A program made the translations under genes and the position numbers. The notes under the pieces were generated by a model. That model was not told the origin of the DNA, did not search any database, and saw only the letters and a program-made list of their open reading frames with translations. DNA of 64,000 nucleotides, from contig CM022672.1 in assembly GCA_012295275.1 (NCBI GenBank), positions 16,864,001 to 16,928,000 of the forward strand, read 5' to 3'. How positions within the stretch are numbered: position 1 is the first letter of the stretch; every line of letters starts with the position of its first letter. Source of the stretch: Chrysomallon squamiferum (Eukaryota > Animalia > Mollusca). Shown here piece after piece: positions 1-23,000 of the stretch.

Positions 1-129
1 GTCCAGCCCCCTAAAACCACCTCATTCTTTTGTAATGTGTTTTTAAACAAGAAAAATGTATTTATAAATTAAAAATACTGTATAAAAACAAAATAAAAGA
101 GAATGTAAAAAAATAAATTGGTTTTATAA

Positions 130-639
130 AGTGTATCTATCTTGGAAACCAGACAAATTATTTTAATGCCTTTGGCTGGATTTACAGCCTTTATTAACTC
201 CTGCTTTAGTATGGTACATATTGTAGAACTACTACGCTTCTACTGCCTAACCAAGTCAACTAAATGAACACCTATTTTTCTATGATTTCATGCTTTATTT
301 CAGTAGGCATCATCCGCTTCTTCTTCTCAGCACTATCCTTTGCTCTCACTTTCTTATGATCCATGGTCAGAAAAAAGAAATTTGGCAAAAAACTGCACAA
401 AATGCAAGCACAACACAATAGAGATGCTTCACTAGCAATAAACATATGAAGTAAACAAGTGAGACATGGAATGCTGGATGGATGTTGTGTTGTTCATTGC
501 GCCAACTAATGGCAGCATATCTGAAGCTCACTCATAACTCGGATTTTAGCTTGGAACTCAAAGAAAAAAATCAACCAAGTGACTGCTCATAACGTGGAAA
601 AATCTTAAGTTGGGGCACTCGTAAGTCAAGGTAACACTG
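130..639 (-). mobile_element. Decayed Tigger/pogo (Tc1-mariner superfamily) DNA transposon, 5' part with transposase remnant
   Basis: The minus strand begins TA|CAGTGTTACCTTGACTTACGAGTG at 641-616, a Tigger-type TIR after a TA target site. ATG at 364 gives MDHKK/VRAKDSAEKKKRMMPTEIKHEIIEK*/GVHLVDLVRQ*KRSSSTICTILKQELIKAVNPAKGIKII, with frameshifts and stops. This matches the HTH-psq N-terminus of TIGD1-like Tigger transposases. The other TIR is not seen, so the left boundary is approximate. Confidence 0.85.
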
Positions 640-913
640 TATTGTAAATGGCGATATTTTGACAAAAGATTTTTCGATTGTATCCAGCAAAAATCTACAA
701 GGAATGCATATATCATTAATTTTATATAAATACAAGATATTCTAGTCCATTATTTCAATTAATTATTTATTTAATAATCCAATATTTGATAACTCTAATG
801 TTTTTATTACCTAATTGAATTTAGGATGTCTCTCCCCTTTTGGTTATCAATTACAATTTTTTTACATAAGCAATAATAACCCTTTCAAGTTTTAATCATA
901 TTTTACGTGCTAC

Positions 914-951
<38 letters not shown>

Positions 952-1172
952 TTTAAATATAAAAAATAAATAAATTAATAAAATTTGGAAAAATAATAAA
1001 TAATTAATGAACCTTAAATTTAAATAAAGAATTATTTTAAAAGGATATAAGAACCAGTAACAAATGACCAAAAACTCTAAAAGCAATGTCAGCAATCAGT
1101 GAATTCAGTTGTTTTCTTATCATAAGATTTAGTTAACACGGCATGCATGCCCTTCCAATTTTACTGCCTGGT

Positions 1173-1650
1173 TCAGGTATAAATATTCCTTGTTAAGATA
1201 TTGGTGTCATCATAGATGTGTCCAGATCTCATGAAGAAGACAAGGGCTATCATTCCTACAAGCTGTGGAGGGAGAGAAAACAAAATCATTTATTAATAAT
1301 TTTATTAAAGGGAATGGTATTCATCATAGAAAAAAAAAGAAAAAAAGGAATGAAATTCTTTGTCAAGGTTTTCAGCAATTTGTTAATTGGAATTGCAGTC
1401 TTTTCTTTTTTTTCCAACTTCAGTGACAAATTTATTTCATGGCATGATTAGAATATAAAAGTTTAATTTTCAAATATTGTTTTGTTTATTTTTGTTGTTT
1501 TTTTCTAATCAATTTGTATTTATGTAAGCAAAAAGCTAGAAATGAATAAATGTGTCTTATAAAAACAAAAAAACAAATACAAAAATTAATAAATAAATAA
1601 ATTAAAAAATTAGAAATAATAATAATATAATAATAATAATAATAATAATA

Positions 1651-1695
<45 letters not shown>

Positions 1696-4294
1696 TCAAA
1701 TGGGTTTTTTCTTATAAGAAATCCACTGTAATAGTTTATAATAATTATAAAAATGTTTCTAAATTTTCTCTCTTTCTTTTGGTTACATAATATTCACCTC
1801 CACAAAGATGACAGAACCACCAGTTCCCAGAAATATTACGTAAATAAGATCATACCATTTATCCATTGAAGTATAACAACCCTGAAATTTAAAAAAAATA
1901 TATATATATTTTTAAAGAAACAAAAATAAATAATGGTTATGGTTAGCAGCAGAATGTAAATGAAAATAATGAAGACTTTTAATTATCAAAATAACTGAAT
2001 AAGTCAGCAATGAAATATCAGTGTTTTTGAATTTTTTTATTTTTCATTTTATCAGAAATTTAACATTGTTCATTATCATTTTTCTGGTAACATTGTACTA
2101 GTTGACCTTTCAAAGATGAAGGAAGGATTATTTTATTTATCAACTAATTCAATACATTTCTGCTTTATACTGATTGACAGAGGAACCAGTCATTGGCTAC
2201 TTTTGTTTTGTGATTAACTCAAAAAATAATGTTAACTATACTTTCTAATAGTCAGGAAAACAGCTACCTTAGTATAATGCAAACCAATTACCTTAGTATA
2301 ATGCAAACCAGTTTTAGGGCATTTCTTGGAATGGAAAACATCCTATGGGCACATTAATGTGATCCTGGGACCTACTGTATCTACCCATTCCTTTAACCAG
2401 TGAACCATTGAAGTCATTAAGGACATTATGATTAATTTAACCCCAAATTACTTCTAAACTTCTAAATTCAAAATGGATTAAATGTCATTAAAACTTGTTA
2501 AACTGAATTTTTTTGGTATTAATAGTACTTTGTCTACATACATTTGAAATATGAAGTTTTGGGTTTTGTACTGGATTTGTGAAAAAACTGAACCTGTAAT
2601 CAAGATAGTGAAACCATAAAACATATTGTAAATAAATCTAATAAGGATGAACTTACATCTACATGTTTTTTCTTCAAGGTAAAGGGGCAGTTAGGGTCAC
2701 GAAGTCTGCCCTGAAAATCATCAATTGTATTAAAATCACTTAACAGCAGTTCTCCTTTTATCTCACAGCATGTAGCTGGAATCAGAGCTTCTTTTACCTT
2801 ATTTTCTTTTTTGTATATCCAAGTTTTGTTCCATAATGGAGCTTTTAGAAATATCTCATGTGATTCCACCCCACAACATTCAAACTGCAGTGAAAAAGAG
2901 AGAAATAAAATAAGGAAGAAAGGTAGGAAATAACAACTCAGTATTATATTAACAATTGTCCATCATAAAATAGTGACTGAAACTTCAAAGAATACATAAA
3001 AGAAAAGATGATAATTATTTAACATAAAATGCTGTAACTGTATGTGTGTTGATGCATAAATAAATATTTTATATCTTTGAGATTATTGTTGTTGTTGTTG
3101 TTATTATTTTCTGCAGACTAACATTAGCTAGACAGTAAATATCATTATAATAATTGTAAGAAGCCTGCATCCATGGAATCATGAAGGCTTTTAGGTTTTT
3201 TTCTTGTACATTTAACTTTTATTACTTTTAAATATTAATAATTTAATAAATGTTAGTGACAGATGTAAAATACAAAATAAAAAAAAGCACAAAATATATA
3301 TTAATTAACAGAATTATGTGGATTATTGCTGTTCTGGAAAGAACCTTATCATTTAGAGTTAGAGTGCATGTGAAGAGTTCATTAAATTTCAAAAAAAATA
3401 AAAATTACATTTAAAAAAATATATTATAAAATTTTAATTTTTATAAACCGATTTAAATCAAACACAAGCACTGAAAATATCATGGCTAGAAACTGTGTAA
3501 AATTTATTATTATAAACTATTTAATAAGATAAAGTAAATTGTTTTGTACTTACATTGTTTTGTTTTTTTAAATTATTATTATTATTTTTTTTAAACTTAC
3601 TGTTAGTTGAAATTCATCAAAAGCTTTTGATAATTCATGTTTCCTGTCAAACGGTCCATAATATTTCTCGTTTACGAGATTAGTAAGATATTCCTTGCCA
3701 TGATCATCAAACTGACATCAAAAATGAAATAATGTGTAAAAAATAAAACAAAACATTATTTAAATTATGTCTTTCTGTTTATAAAGAATGAATAAATGAT
3801 TACTTGTTAAGAAATATGTAAATCATATTTGATTACAAATAGTTATTAGGCATAAAAAATGTTATTAGAGTTAAAAGAAGACTCTAGGTTGTGCCAAATT
3901 GCAACTTGATTACTTGCTAAAACAGTTATGATTGATCATGCATATCATACTTATTTTTAATCTTAGAGCTACAGCATTAATCTACATACAGAGTATGAAA
4001 TATATAATTAAAATGAGAGGAAAACTGAAATATAAAATACCTCTATTTAAGCTAGATTTAAATACCTAAAAATAGTTGTACAACATACATTTGCTTTGAA
4101 CTTTGCAGCCAAAATGACTGAGGTTATCTGTAATAGCATAGCAAAGCTCACTCCCAAAACATACTGAAAATAGCATAATGAATCAATTGAATAAATTATA
4201 ATATAAAATAATAAATAACAACATATTTTGCTACTTTTGTTATTAAATTTTAGCTTCTTGGATTAAATAATAAATTATTACTATTATAATAATG

Positions 4295-4348
<54 letters not shown>

Positions 4349-5633
4349 GTTAATACTCTCACAGCAATAAATGTAGCCAGGGCTGGCTTGAATGTAAAAC
4401 CACATCCTAGTAATGCCATTGTAAATAAAAAGATGCCAGACACCATTATCAAATAAACAGTAGTTTCAACCGTGCTGGAACCTTCAAAATCATTTGGATC
4501 ATCAGCAATGTTTGCCAGTTTAATAATGAACGTCCCACGCAACAGAGCTGCAAAGGCAGAGCCAATGCAGGATATACCAATTACCTGCAAGCAGATTGTC
4601 CATAATATATCATTCTCAAAGGGAAGAAGACAAAGAAATGGTTTATTCAGACATACTGTCAATATATATATATATTTTTTTTAAATCAACAATTATACAG
4701 CACTATAGTTATTGATCAAGAACACAGTTTATTTGAGACAAATGAACATACTGAACAAAATATATGTATTATATGGACATTTTACCAGTAAATCATAAAT
4801 GATTATTCACCTAGGTGGTGTGTATTTTTAACCTGATAATTCTGAAACATTCAGTATTTTAGTATACTAGTGACAATTACAATCAACCTTATTCTGACAC
4901 CTTAATTTCAGTTTGTTGGTTTTACTGTGTGGCATTTCCTGATCTTATTAAGAAACTGAAAATGGCAATATTTGTTTTTACATAATAAAAGTTCGGTCAT
5001 ATAAATTTATAGTATAATAGCATATACAAGCCTACATACTGTTGACAGTTAAACAAACACCTGAAATTAATGAAAATAAAATGTGTACATTTATTTAATA
5101 ACCTTGATTTTGTATAAATTTTAATTCTAATGTGGAACTAAATGCTTAAACAATTAAATAGATTACAAATTGCTCCAAAATTCATAATTTACATCTGAAT
5201 TTTCGTAGTACTGAATTTGTTATGAATTAAACACATTCGTCAAACCATTTAAATGATCACACATTAATTTTAGAACTAAAATGATTATTATTTGTTAAAT
5301 GAATGTCTTTTAAAATACTATCTATTTATTTATTCATTATTTACAAAATAAAAAAAAATAAAAAATACAAATAATAATAATAATATTAAAAACAACAAAT
5401 AAATAAATAAATAAATTTAAGACCTATGCAAGTCCAAATAATAACGAAGTCTTCACTATTAATTCAAGTGGATACTATTCACAATACGTCTACAACAACA
5501 GCAGCAGCATCAACAACAATAATAATAATATATGATTTTTGTGTCCTATTAATAAGTAGTTAGTGTGCTTTTTACTTACCCAGTATAATACGCTAGTTAT
5601 GATTAAACAAAATGAAAGGGCTACACGCGCCAT
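1173..5633 (-). CDS. Tetraspanin family protein (paralogue A, 287 aa, 7 coding exons)
   Basis: Exons 5633-5580, 4584-4363, 4163-4089, 3711-3601, 2884-2657, 1881-1798, 1262-1173. All introns are GT-AG and phase 0. Four hydrophobic segments; large extracellular loop with FECCG, IPATCC, DPNCP and GCY (6 Cys). Starts MARVALSFCL, ends ILTRNIYT*. Confidence 0.93.
1618..1695. repeat. (AAT)n immediately followed by (ATT)n, a self-complementary microsatellite in the last intron of tetraspanin A
   Basis: Direct reading: taataataat...aataattattattatt. Confidence 0.85.
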
Positions 5634-5917
5634 TTTAACCGTCAAATTATGCAGTCACTAGGATAAAACCGCATTAAATTAAAGCCCAATCGCTCAAATA
5701 TGCGATTCGTGTTTGCGTCTTTTACGATTTATTTTGTAATCCACTGTTCACTTTCTAAATTATTATAATATATCTTTCTTTTCTTTTTTTTCACAGAAAT
5801 CTAAAAAGTTCTTCCCGATTTTATTATGCTTGTGCCAGATATAATAGCTAGTTTATCTGGACAGACGTCAGCATCAAAGAAAGCTCAACATTGAAGTTGA
5901 AAGAAATGATGGTCAGA

Positions 5918-5927
5918 ATGACGTCAT
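5918..5927. promoter_or_regulatory. Palindromic CRE (ATGACGTCAT) ~285 bp upstream of the tetraspanin A ATG
   Basis: Perfect CREB/ATF consensus in a locally CpG-containing stretch, with a second GACGTCA at ~5864. Function is inferred only. Confidence 0.45.
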
Positions 5928-6140
5928 AACACACCTGCAACATTCGTTATCAGTTACAGTTGGATCTCTGCTATCCAATCCACGAATAATTTTTTATGGG
6001 TAAAACAACACACCATTTATTAAAACTTAGGAGTCCTTTTATTCACTTGTTGTATAAGTTTTACAGATAATTAAATGCAACAACAGTGGTAAAGATACTA
6101 AGAATACAGTTTTACACATGGCTAAAAATAATAATAATAA

Positions 6141-6219
<79 letters not shown>

Positions 6220-7430
6220 AATAAATAAATAGTCCAAAACAAAATAAAACAAAATAAATGCTGAAGATTAAAGAGCTAGGGTTAATGATAAAATGTACTC
6301 AAGTACGTGGAGGGTTGATTTTAAGCTTAGATAATTTATTGCTTGCACCAGAGATCCTAATAATTGGATTTATATAATCTCATAGCTGAAACCAATTAGT
6401 CACAATGATAAACTGAAAGCACTTATTGATGATTTGGAGTCGTATTATTCCACTTGAGGATGCAGCCCAAAACGATCATATCGATGAGCATAATTTAAAA
6501 CCTTAAAACTACATTTTGGCAACGACACTGTTTTCTTTTGAGAAATACACTGTACAATTTAATTTAAGCCGAGTCACTCTGTGAAATGATTAAGATCATG
6601 ATAGCAATTTGGATAAATGACTTTGATCTTCTCTTTTCTTTGTGTTTTTGCCACATTCTTATCTTGCTTTACAGTTACATATTTGTGTACTGCAAACATG
6701 TTTTAAAAATAACAGTAATCACTATTCTTGCGAAAACAAAAGGTTGTATAAATGCATATCGTATTTATTAATATTTTTGATATTTTGTAACAGAACACTA
6801 TAAAAAATACTTACTGTAATTATTAATATGACACAAAATATAATAAACAAATACACGAATGAATCAATCAAAACTCGAATACTTTCTTTTGCAGTATAAT
6901 TTAATTAATAATTATGCATAACATAATGAATACATATATTTTACAAAATGTCAGGATTTTATATAAACCTCTCGTAAGGTAAATAAATCTATCATAAAAC
7001 AATAATATGTTTGATTTAAACAAGATACTGAATGATGATGATACGAATGGATAAATTAAAATGAAGCGGAATATTCAAAAATTTTAGAAGAAGTTTACCA
7101 GTAATAAATTTACTTTTTTTTAATTCTTTTTTTACATTCCCCCCCCCAACACATTTCGAAGAGAAATAATTTATAATAGATTCAGTCCAAATTGTCGTAC
7201 GCATATTGATGCTGTCAGTCTGAAAAATGTAAACTGAAATCACATCATCCTATATGTGATTTGTTCTTGACTATACAGGAAGATATGCACCTTCGTCTGC
7301 ACGACAGTAACATTTCATTCATTTCTACGTACATCACGCTATCTTCTTCCGCTTCTCCATATTATATTAATTTCGTACATTACACGTGTTCATCTTTTAC
7401 CAGGTCCGCGATATATTCTCGAGTTTTGCC

Positions 7431-11805
<4,375 letters not shown>

Positions 11806-12247
11806 CTTGTCTATAGTAAGAAGTTGAACAACTAAGTGCAGAACACACAAAATCGATCCCTTATTAAGCCGTCTTTGTTTCCTAGGTAAACAAGGTGACG
11901 TACATCGTAAACCGGTTTAGGATGCATGAAAGAATGTCGCCTAACAAATGAATAACAAGCTACCTGTTTGTATGAACAAAAGATTTGTGTAATATCGTTA
12001 ATTATACCGTGTGTGATTAACTGTATTCATTTGACATATTAGTCTTGTATTAGTAACTAGTGTATACAGTATTGATCCAATTAACTAAAAATACATTTTG
12101 CTGCTCAAGGCATTGTCGTGACAAAGGCCAATTCTGAAACAAAGGACTTAATTTTGTATTGTTGTAATTTGTGATTAGACTAAAACAGCTGCTTTTAAGT
12201 GCCAAAAAGGTGTCACAATTGAAGTCATTTAATTCGCAAGTATTGGA

Positions 12248-12276
<29 letters not shown>

Positions 12277-12278
<2 letters not shown>

Positions 12279-12362
12279 AACACAAAACACAAAACACAAA
12301 ACACAAAACACAAAACACAAAACACAAAACACAAAACACAAAACACAAAACACAAAACACAC
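12277..12362. repeat. (AAAACAC)n heptamer array preceded by (TAAA)n, upstream of tetraspanin B
   Basis: About 12 consecutive AAAACAC units read directly. Confidence 0.93.
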
Positions 12363-13919
12363 AAATAAAAAATAAATAAATAAATAAACACAAAACACAA
12401 ACAAAAAAACAAATAAATAAATAAATAAATGAAATTTAAAAAAAAAGAAAAAAAAAAAAAGAGAGAGAAATTGTGCGTTGTGCTAGAACTGTTATTATAC
12501 AATTATACAGATATTTTATTTTGTTAATAATTACTATTATCACTTATTAGTCGTTGTTATGTATTTTTGGGTGGGGGGAAATGTTTTCAAAATAAGAAAG
12601 AAACGCTTGAATTATATGCGGACTCCGTTCAGTTTTTATTTTTGCCTATTATTATTATTTTTCTTATACTTGATTATTAACAGCACAGCTATCTTTATCT
12701 TTTTAATTCTGAAGGCTTACATAATATTTGTTATCGAACTGGTTAAGTGATGATATTTAATTTTTAAAAGCTATAAATATCAAAATAAAGATAAAATGGA
12801 AATAAATATATGAAACTTTAATGTCTGCCGAAATGCTAGAGAACCTGGTGTCCTTTAAAAACTTGCTGTATTTTGAATTTTAATCATAAATTTTATGAAA
12901 TCCTCTCGCAGTTATTTTGTATTTTTATGCTCATATACATTACTGTAAATCCACCAACGTGATAATTATACTAACAGTCGTATGTTAATATTCCCCGTAT
13001 ACCATAAATAATGTTCAGTTCATTCAGTTGCGTGCTAATTACTGTTACTTCTCTTCCAGTCATTGTTCTTGTTATTATTAATGTGTGCATGCTTTAAGCG
13101 TCGAAACATCTCCAGTAGATCGAGGATACATACACAGTCTTTAAAATATTTTGATAATAATAACAAGAGGAGTCATTGAATTCATTTATCGTAAAATAAA
13201 AGATGAAATGCATTTATTGTTTTATGAATATTATAAAAATCAAGAAATATATTTACTATTTTCAATTATAAATTCGCATCTAATTAATGTCTCGTAACAC
13301 TGTTCCCAGTTAATTACTGAGAACATATCTGAACACTGATTATTAACATTCAAAGTAAGTAAACAGCCTATCAACAGTGCTTATGTTACTTTTCACACTG
13401 TCGACGAATGTTTTGACATATCATCTGAATGCTTTCTTGTTCATAACATAATACTGAAAACGGCATTTAAATTTTAAGTAATTTTGCATGTATTTTTTCA
13501 GTATTTTCTGAATTTATAAAAAAAAGTTTTATTAAAACTATATGAATTCAAAACACAGGGGTGTTGAAAAAAAGAAGAAAACTATCAAAATTAATTAATA
13601 CCTTATGATATTTCCCGTTCTCTTTAATGCTCCATGACTAATTTATCAGATTACAAATTTTGCCTTTTCAGAATGTATTTTGATTAATACCGACTCATAA
13701 AATGGGTCTTATTGAATACTTTAATAATTTAAAAATAAAATATCTTTGTTATGTTAATTCTTTATTTATATCGATATTCAATTTTATCATTTTAGACTGG
13801 CTTCGAAATACTAAAGTCTCACATAAAGAGATATTTTGAAAACTAACGTTTCAAACAAGTGCACATCTGTTCTTTGTGGGGGTATGCAACATTGAGAGTT
13901 CAGCGAATTTCTGGAAAGC

Positions 13920-14155
13920 TTATAAGGCTGCCTCACTGCTCAGATGCGTTTTCAGCTCTCGGACAGCGGTTTCATTAGATGGATTTGGGTTTGCATCACC
14001 ATCGCCGGCGAACTCTTGGACAACATCGTAATCGTTTTGCAGTGGCTCAATGATATGATCGGACTCGTAAGAAACATATTCCCTCCAGACATACCACTCA
14101 GTCCACTGTCTTCCAATCTAGCCAGTATTTCATCCAATACTTCTTCAGAATCCAT
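13920..14155 (-). pseudogene. Frameshifted acidic coding remnant, possibly the N-terminus of a piggyBac-like transposase
   Basis: GC/CpG-richer island. ATG 14155 gives MDSEEVLDEILARLEDSGLSGMSG. After one frameshift at ~14081 it reads EYVSYESDHIIEPLQNDYDVVQEFAGDGDANPNPSNETAVRELKTHLSSEAAL*. The resemblance to piggyBac acidic N-termini is from memory; no TIR or TTAA pair was identified. Confidence 0.35.
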
Positions 14156-14452
14156 CGCAATACAAGTTTGGGAATTCAAAAATTTATTTTCTGCGAAAAA
14201 TGTTTTGCTCTTTAAATACACTGGTTTACAGCAAAGGGGCCTCTAATTTTAAGTTTAAGCTGATGTTTAATTTGTATATGTGTTGATCATGAAGCTCATG
14301 TTTTATTTATTTTAAATTTAAAATAACTCCGTTTATCTTCAGCCTTTATTAATTAACATTTTTTTTATTTTATTTTTTTATTTTTTTTAATAAATGTAAT
14401 ATAAAGAAACAAAAAACATCTGGTTGACATAATATTATTAATTTTATTATCG

Positions 14453-19624
<5,172 letters not shown>

Positions 19625-20021
19625 GCTCACCAGTAACTGGAAATTCCCTAAATACGGAAGTAATATGAATGGGATTACCTTGAACGCAAGCGCAGATTGC
19701 TGTCTTTATTACTTCAAATATTTAAAAAAAGAACGAAAAAGTCCTGTTTTTCATTGAGTACGTGGAACTTTTAAAATTATGAAATAATTATAATTTAGTG
19801 TCAATAAAATACAAATTCTATTTGATTTCTTTTTATATTTTATAGAATCCATTCATTTTGAAGCTTATTTTGTCACAAAATAATTTATCATCTAGCAGTG
19901 GTAGTGCCATTCTAATCCGTGTTGGCAGATTTGAGTGGGAGTTGACCTCTGACCCAAATTTTGCTCATTGCAGCCAGCGCATGCTCAGTACAGAATTCTG
20001 CGATTGTCAGTTTTCTGAACG
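19625..20021. promoter_or_regulatory. Putative bidirectional promoter QTRT1/DOLPP1
   Basis: Divergent ATGs are separated by 397 bp with locally retained CpG. ETS-type ACGGAAGT at 19654-19661; DR1 nuclear-receptor element TGACCTCTGACCC at 19943-19955. Confidence 0.75.
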
Positions 20022-23000
20022 ATGGCGGGTGGCGAAGCGCTGCCTGGTCACGAAGACGCTGTAAGGCAATGGATAGCCGTTTCATTAACACACGTTGAGT
20101 ATCCAGAGGGTAAGAATGCATTGTCGACCTCCGAAAGTCATTTGTACTTGTAGAATCGCAATCACTTATTTCTTGTTCTGTAAATCCCGCCTTACTTTAT
20201 TTGACGAACCAATACAAGCTTGTTTATTGAACTTGTTAATTGCAATGCACAGTTCTAGGAACTGAATCCTTTTAAACATTTGCACGATAATCATATGAAT
20301 ATATATTTCATCGATAGTGCGTATATATTTGTAAGCGAGTGTTTTACTTGAAAATGTCAGCTGTAAAATGCTGTAACACTATGTAAGCCAGTTAATATTA
20401 AAGAATATTATAAATTAAAGATGACTCTTTTAAGAAATCCAACATGTATATTAAAAATGTATGCGTTTTATAGCAGTTATAATGTGCATTTGAGATAGCG
20501 TTTATATAACATTTGACATTTATTTTTTACATTATTACAAAAATGACTGATTTAATCATTTACGGTTGCACAGTTATTATGCCTGATAAAACAGATGGAC
20601 TAAAATGGTATTGATGTTGGGCTACAGCTACAGCCTGTGCTCATTACAGCTGTTAAATTAAAACAATATTAACTATTGGGCATGCTGAAGATATCCCAGA
20701 GAGAAAGACTTAAAACATTTCACTAGATGCAGTGCAGTTTATGGACCACGATGATGCTGCCCATGATACTGAAGTTTAAAAATAATATATATAATGGAAT
20801 TAATTCACACAAATTATATATTTGACACGATTTCTTGTTTTTTAATTTGTATATACTATATAATTTTAAATTCACCTATACACTAAATATAATTTTAATC
20901 AATTACTTATTTGACATTCACTAGGTTCACATTTAGTTATATATTCATTATTATTAACCATAGTGACTTGCATAGAGAGTTGAATTACCATGGCCATACT
21001 TAGAACAAAGTCTGTAAAGTAGATGAAAATATTAAATGTAACATTCATGATATAATAAGAGGTGATAGAAATTGTCCAGATCATTCTGGCACTGACATAC
21101 ATAGCCACAACTGAAAATTTCGTTGAAATTAGATATTCTCATTTTCAGAATGTAACTGAACTGATTTGAAGAATGTGTACATAATCCTTATTTAAATTTA
21201 ATCATGATCATAACTTTTGTATCATTTACTTCAAGTACAATTCAATGAAGTAAATGCATTGTAAAAAATGGGTATACACTAAGGTCTGTGAGGCTGAGGT
21301 TGGGAAGAAAAGGTTTGTAGATACTGTAACTTGTTTATTTCTTCATTGATCCAAAGAAGCTGGGTTTTTTAATTTATTTTTTTAAAAACAGTTTCTCAGC
21401 CTGTTCAATTTCACATAATGAAATGTATAGATAAACGAACAGGGAATGCACTACACCTTTCTTTGCTAAATAGTCTGTGACTCTGTACTAGTACAGAAAC
21501 TGGACATAAACTAAAACCTGATTAGTACTGTTTTTTTGAAGTGTTCATTTAAAATTTATATTTGCTTCATCATCAGATAAACAAAAGTGTAGAAATTAAC
21601 ACATATATGAGACTTGAAAAAAAATCTCAATCTATATAGTAGTGTTTTGTTAACTATGGTTCTATCTCATTATGATTTCAGCTTCATATTTTTTGTAAAA
21701 GCTTCCTAAAATGTATTTAAACAGTTGCTGCATAGTAAAAAAGTTGAGAAAGACTGCTCAGAAAGACATTAAGATTCCATTTGTTTAGCTGCAGCTGTAG
21801 TTCTGTTTATGTCTGCTTTACATCTGGAGTTAGAGTGCTCCAGTGTATCATCATAAGTGCTGTAGTGTTGTTAATGACGAACATCAGTTAAATTTTTCAT
21901 TTGGTCTGATTGTAATGCATGTAGTTTTCTTCCTCTTTTTTTTTTAAAATGAGCACTTGAAAGACTGGTTGAAAACAGGCAGCATGTTTTTAAAAAAAAA
22001 AAAAAAAAAAAAAAACTTCAGTAATCATTTAATGGAATAACTTAAGCTCATTGGCTGTTGATTTGATCAAATTCTGCTATAAGCATAAATACAAGTGCTG
22101 CTACACATATATAAATGGAATCTCAGTTTGAAAGCGTACATGTGGAGGTCAGAAAATTGCTTGAGTATATTTTATATACTTCCAAATAAGCTTTGTTTGT
22201 TTATTTGTTTGTTTATTTGTTTATTTTTTTATTTTATAGTAATTCTTTTCACAAAATAATAATGTTTAAAAATGAAATAGAGAAAAAGTCTCTGTGCATC
22301 ATTTTATTGCTTTGTAATTGGAAATAAATAAAATAGTTTGTACAGCCAAACTTTAAGAAACATTTATTAATTTATGATGTCACCATAATCAAAAAGGAGG
22401 AAATCTTTATTAAATGTATTTTTTATTTTCTTAATTTTTCTTATTTATTTATTTATTATTGTTGTTGTAAGTGTTATTATTTTTGTTAATGATGATACAG
22501 TATATATTTCTTTAATTATTGGTTGCAGGCACATCACAGATTAAGTCAGTGTAGTTAAAATTAGGCAATTGCATGTTTGTGTTGATTGAGGAAAGAAAGT
22601 TTTAAAATTATCTTTTTTATTCTTGTCTTTTTAGGTGATTTGATTGGACAGGCCCTGGCATGGATGAGTTTACTTCCATTTTGTATTATCATAGGCTTTG
22701 TTACTTTAATCATATTCAGACGTGATCTTCATACTGTAAGTAATAAATATAGATACTTGTTTAAATACATTTTATCATCATTATATTGCTGCTGTATAAA
22801 ATTTCTTTCAATGAGGTGATAATTTAGTATTATTTTGTATAAACAGCTTCATAAATCATTAAATGTGTGCATGTGTCTGTGTGCTTGTGGATATATAATT
22901 CAGACAATTAAAAGAAAAAAAAGGGTTTTGTAGGAAGGTAAAGAATTAAACTATTTGCCTGGCAGGCAGTCAGTTTTGGGTCATTTACCATCAGTTGCCT

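Noticed and set aside
2330-2380. gggacctactgta resembling a Tigger-like TIR end, beside a 24-bp tandem duplication at ~2265-2310
   Set aside because: No partner TIR found; too short to support.
6340-6640. Short peptide LKPISHNDKLKALIDDLESYYST, vaguely like a transposase C-terminus
   Set aside because: Interrupted by stops, no termini identified, and the similarity is only impressionistic.
19858-20121. Overlapping ORFs 19858-20064 (+) and 19912-20121 (-)
   Set aside because: Out-of-frame or antisense shadows of the GC-richer DOLPP1 exon 1. The + ORF could act as an overlapping uORF (ATG 19981), but nothing supports this without a mapped start site.
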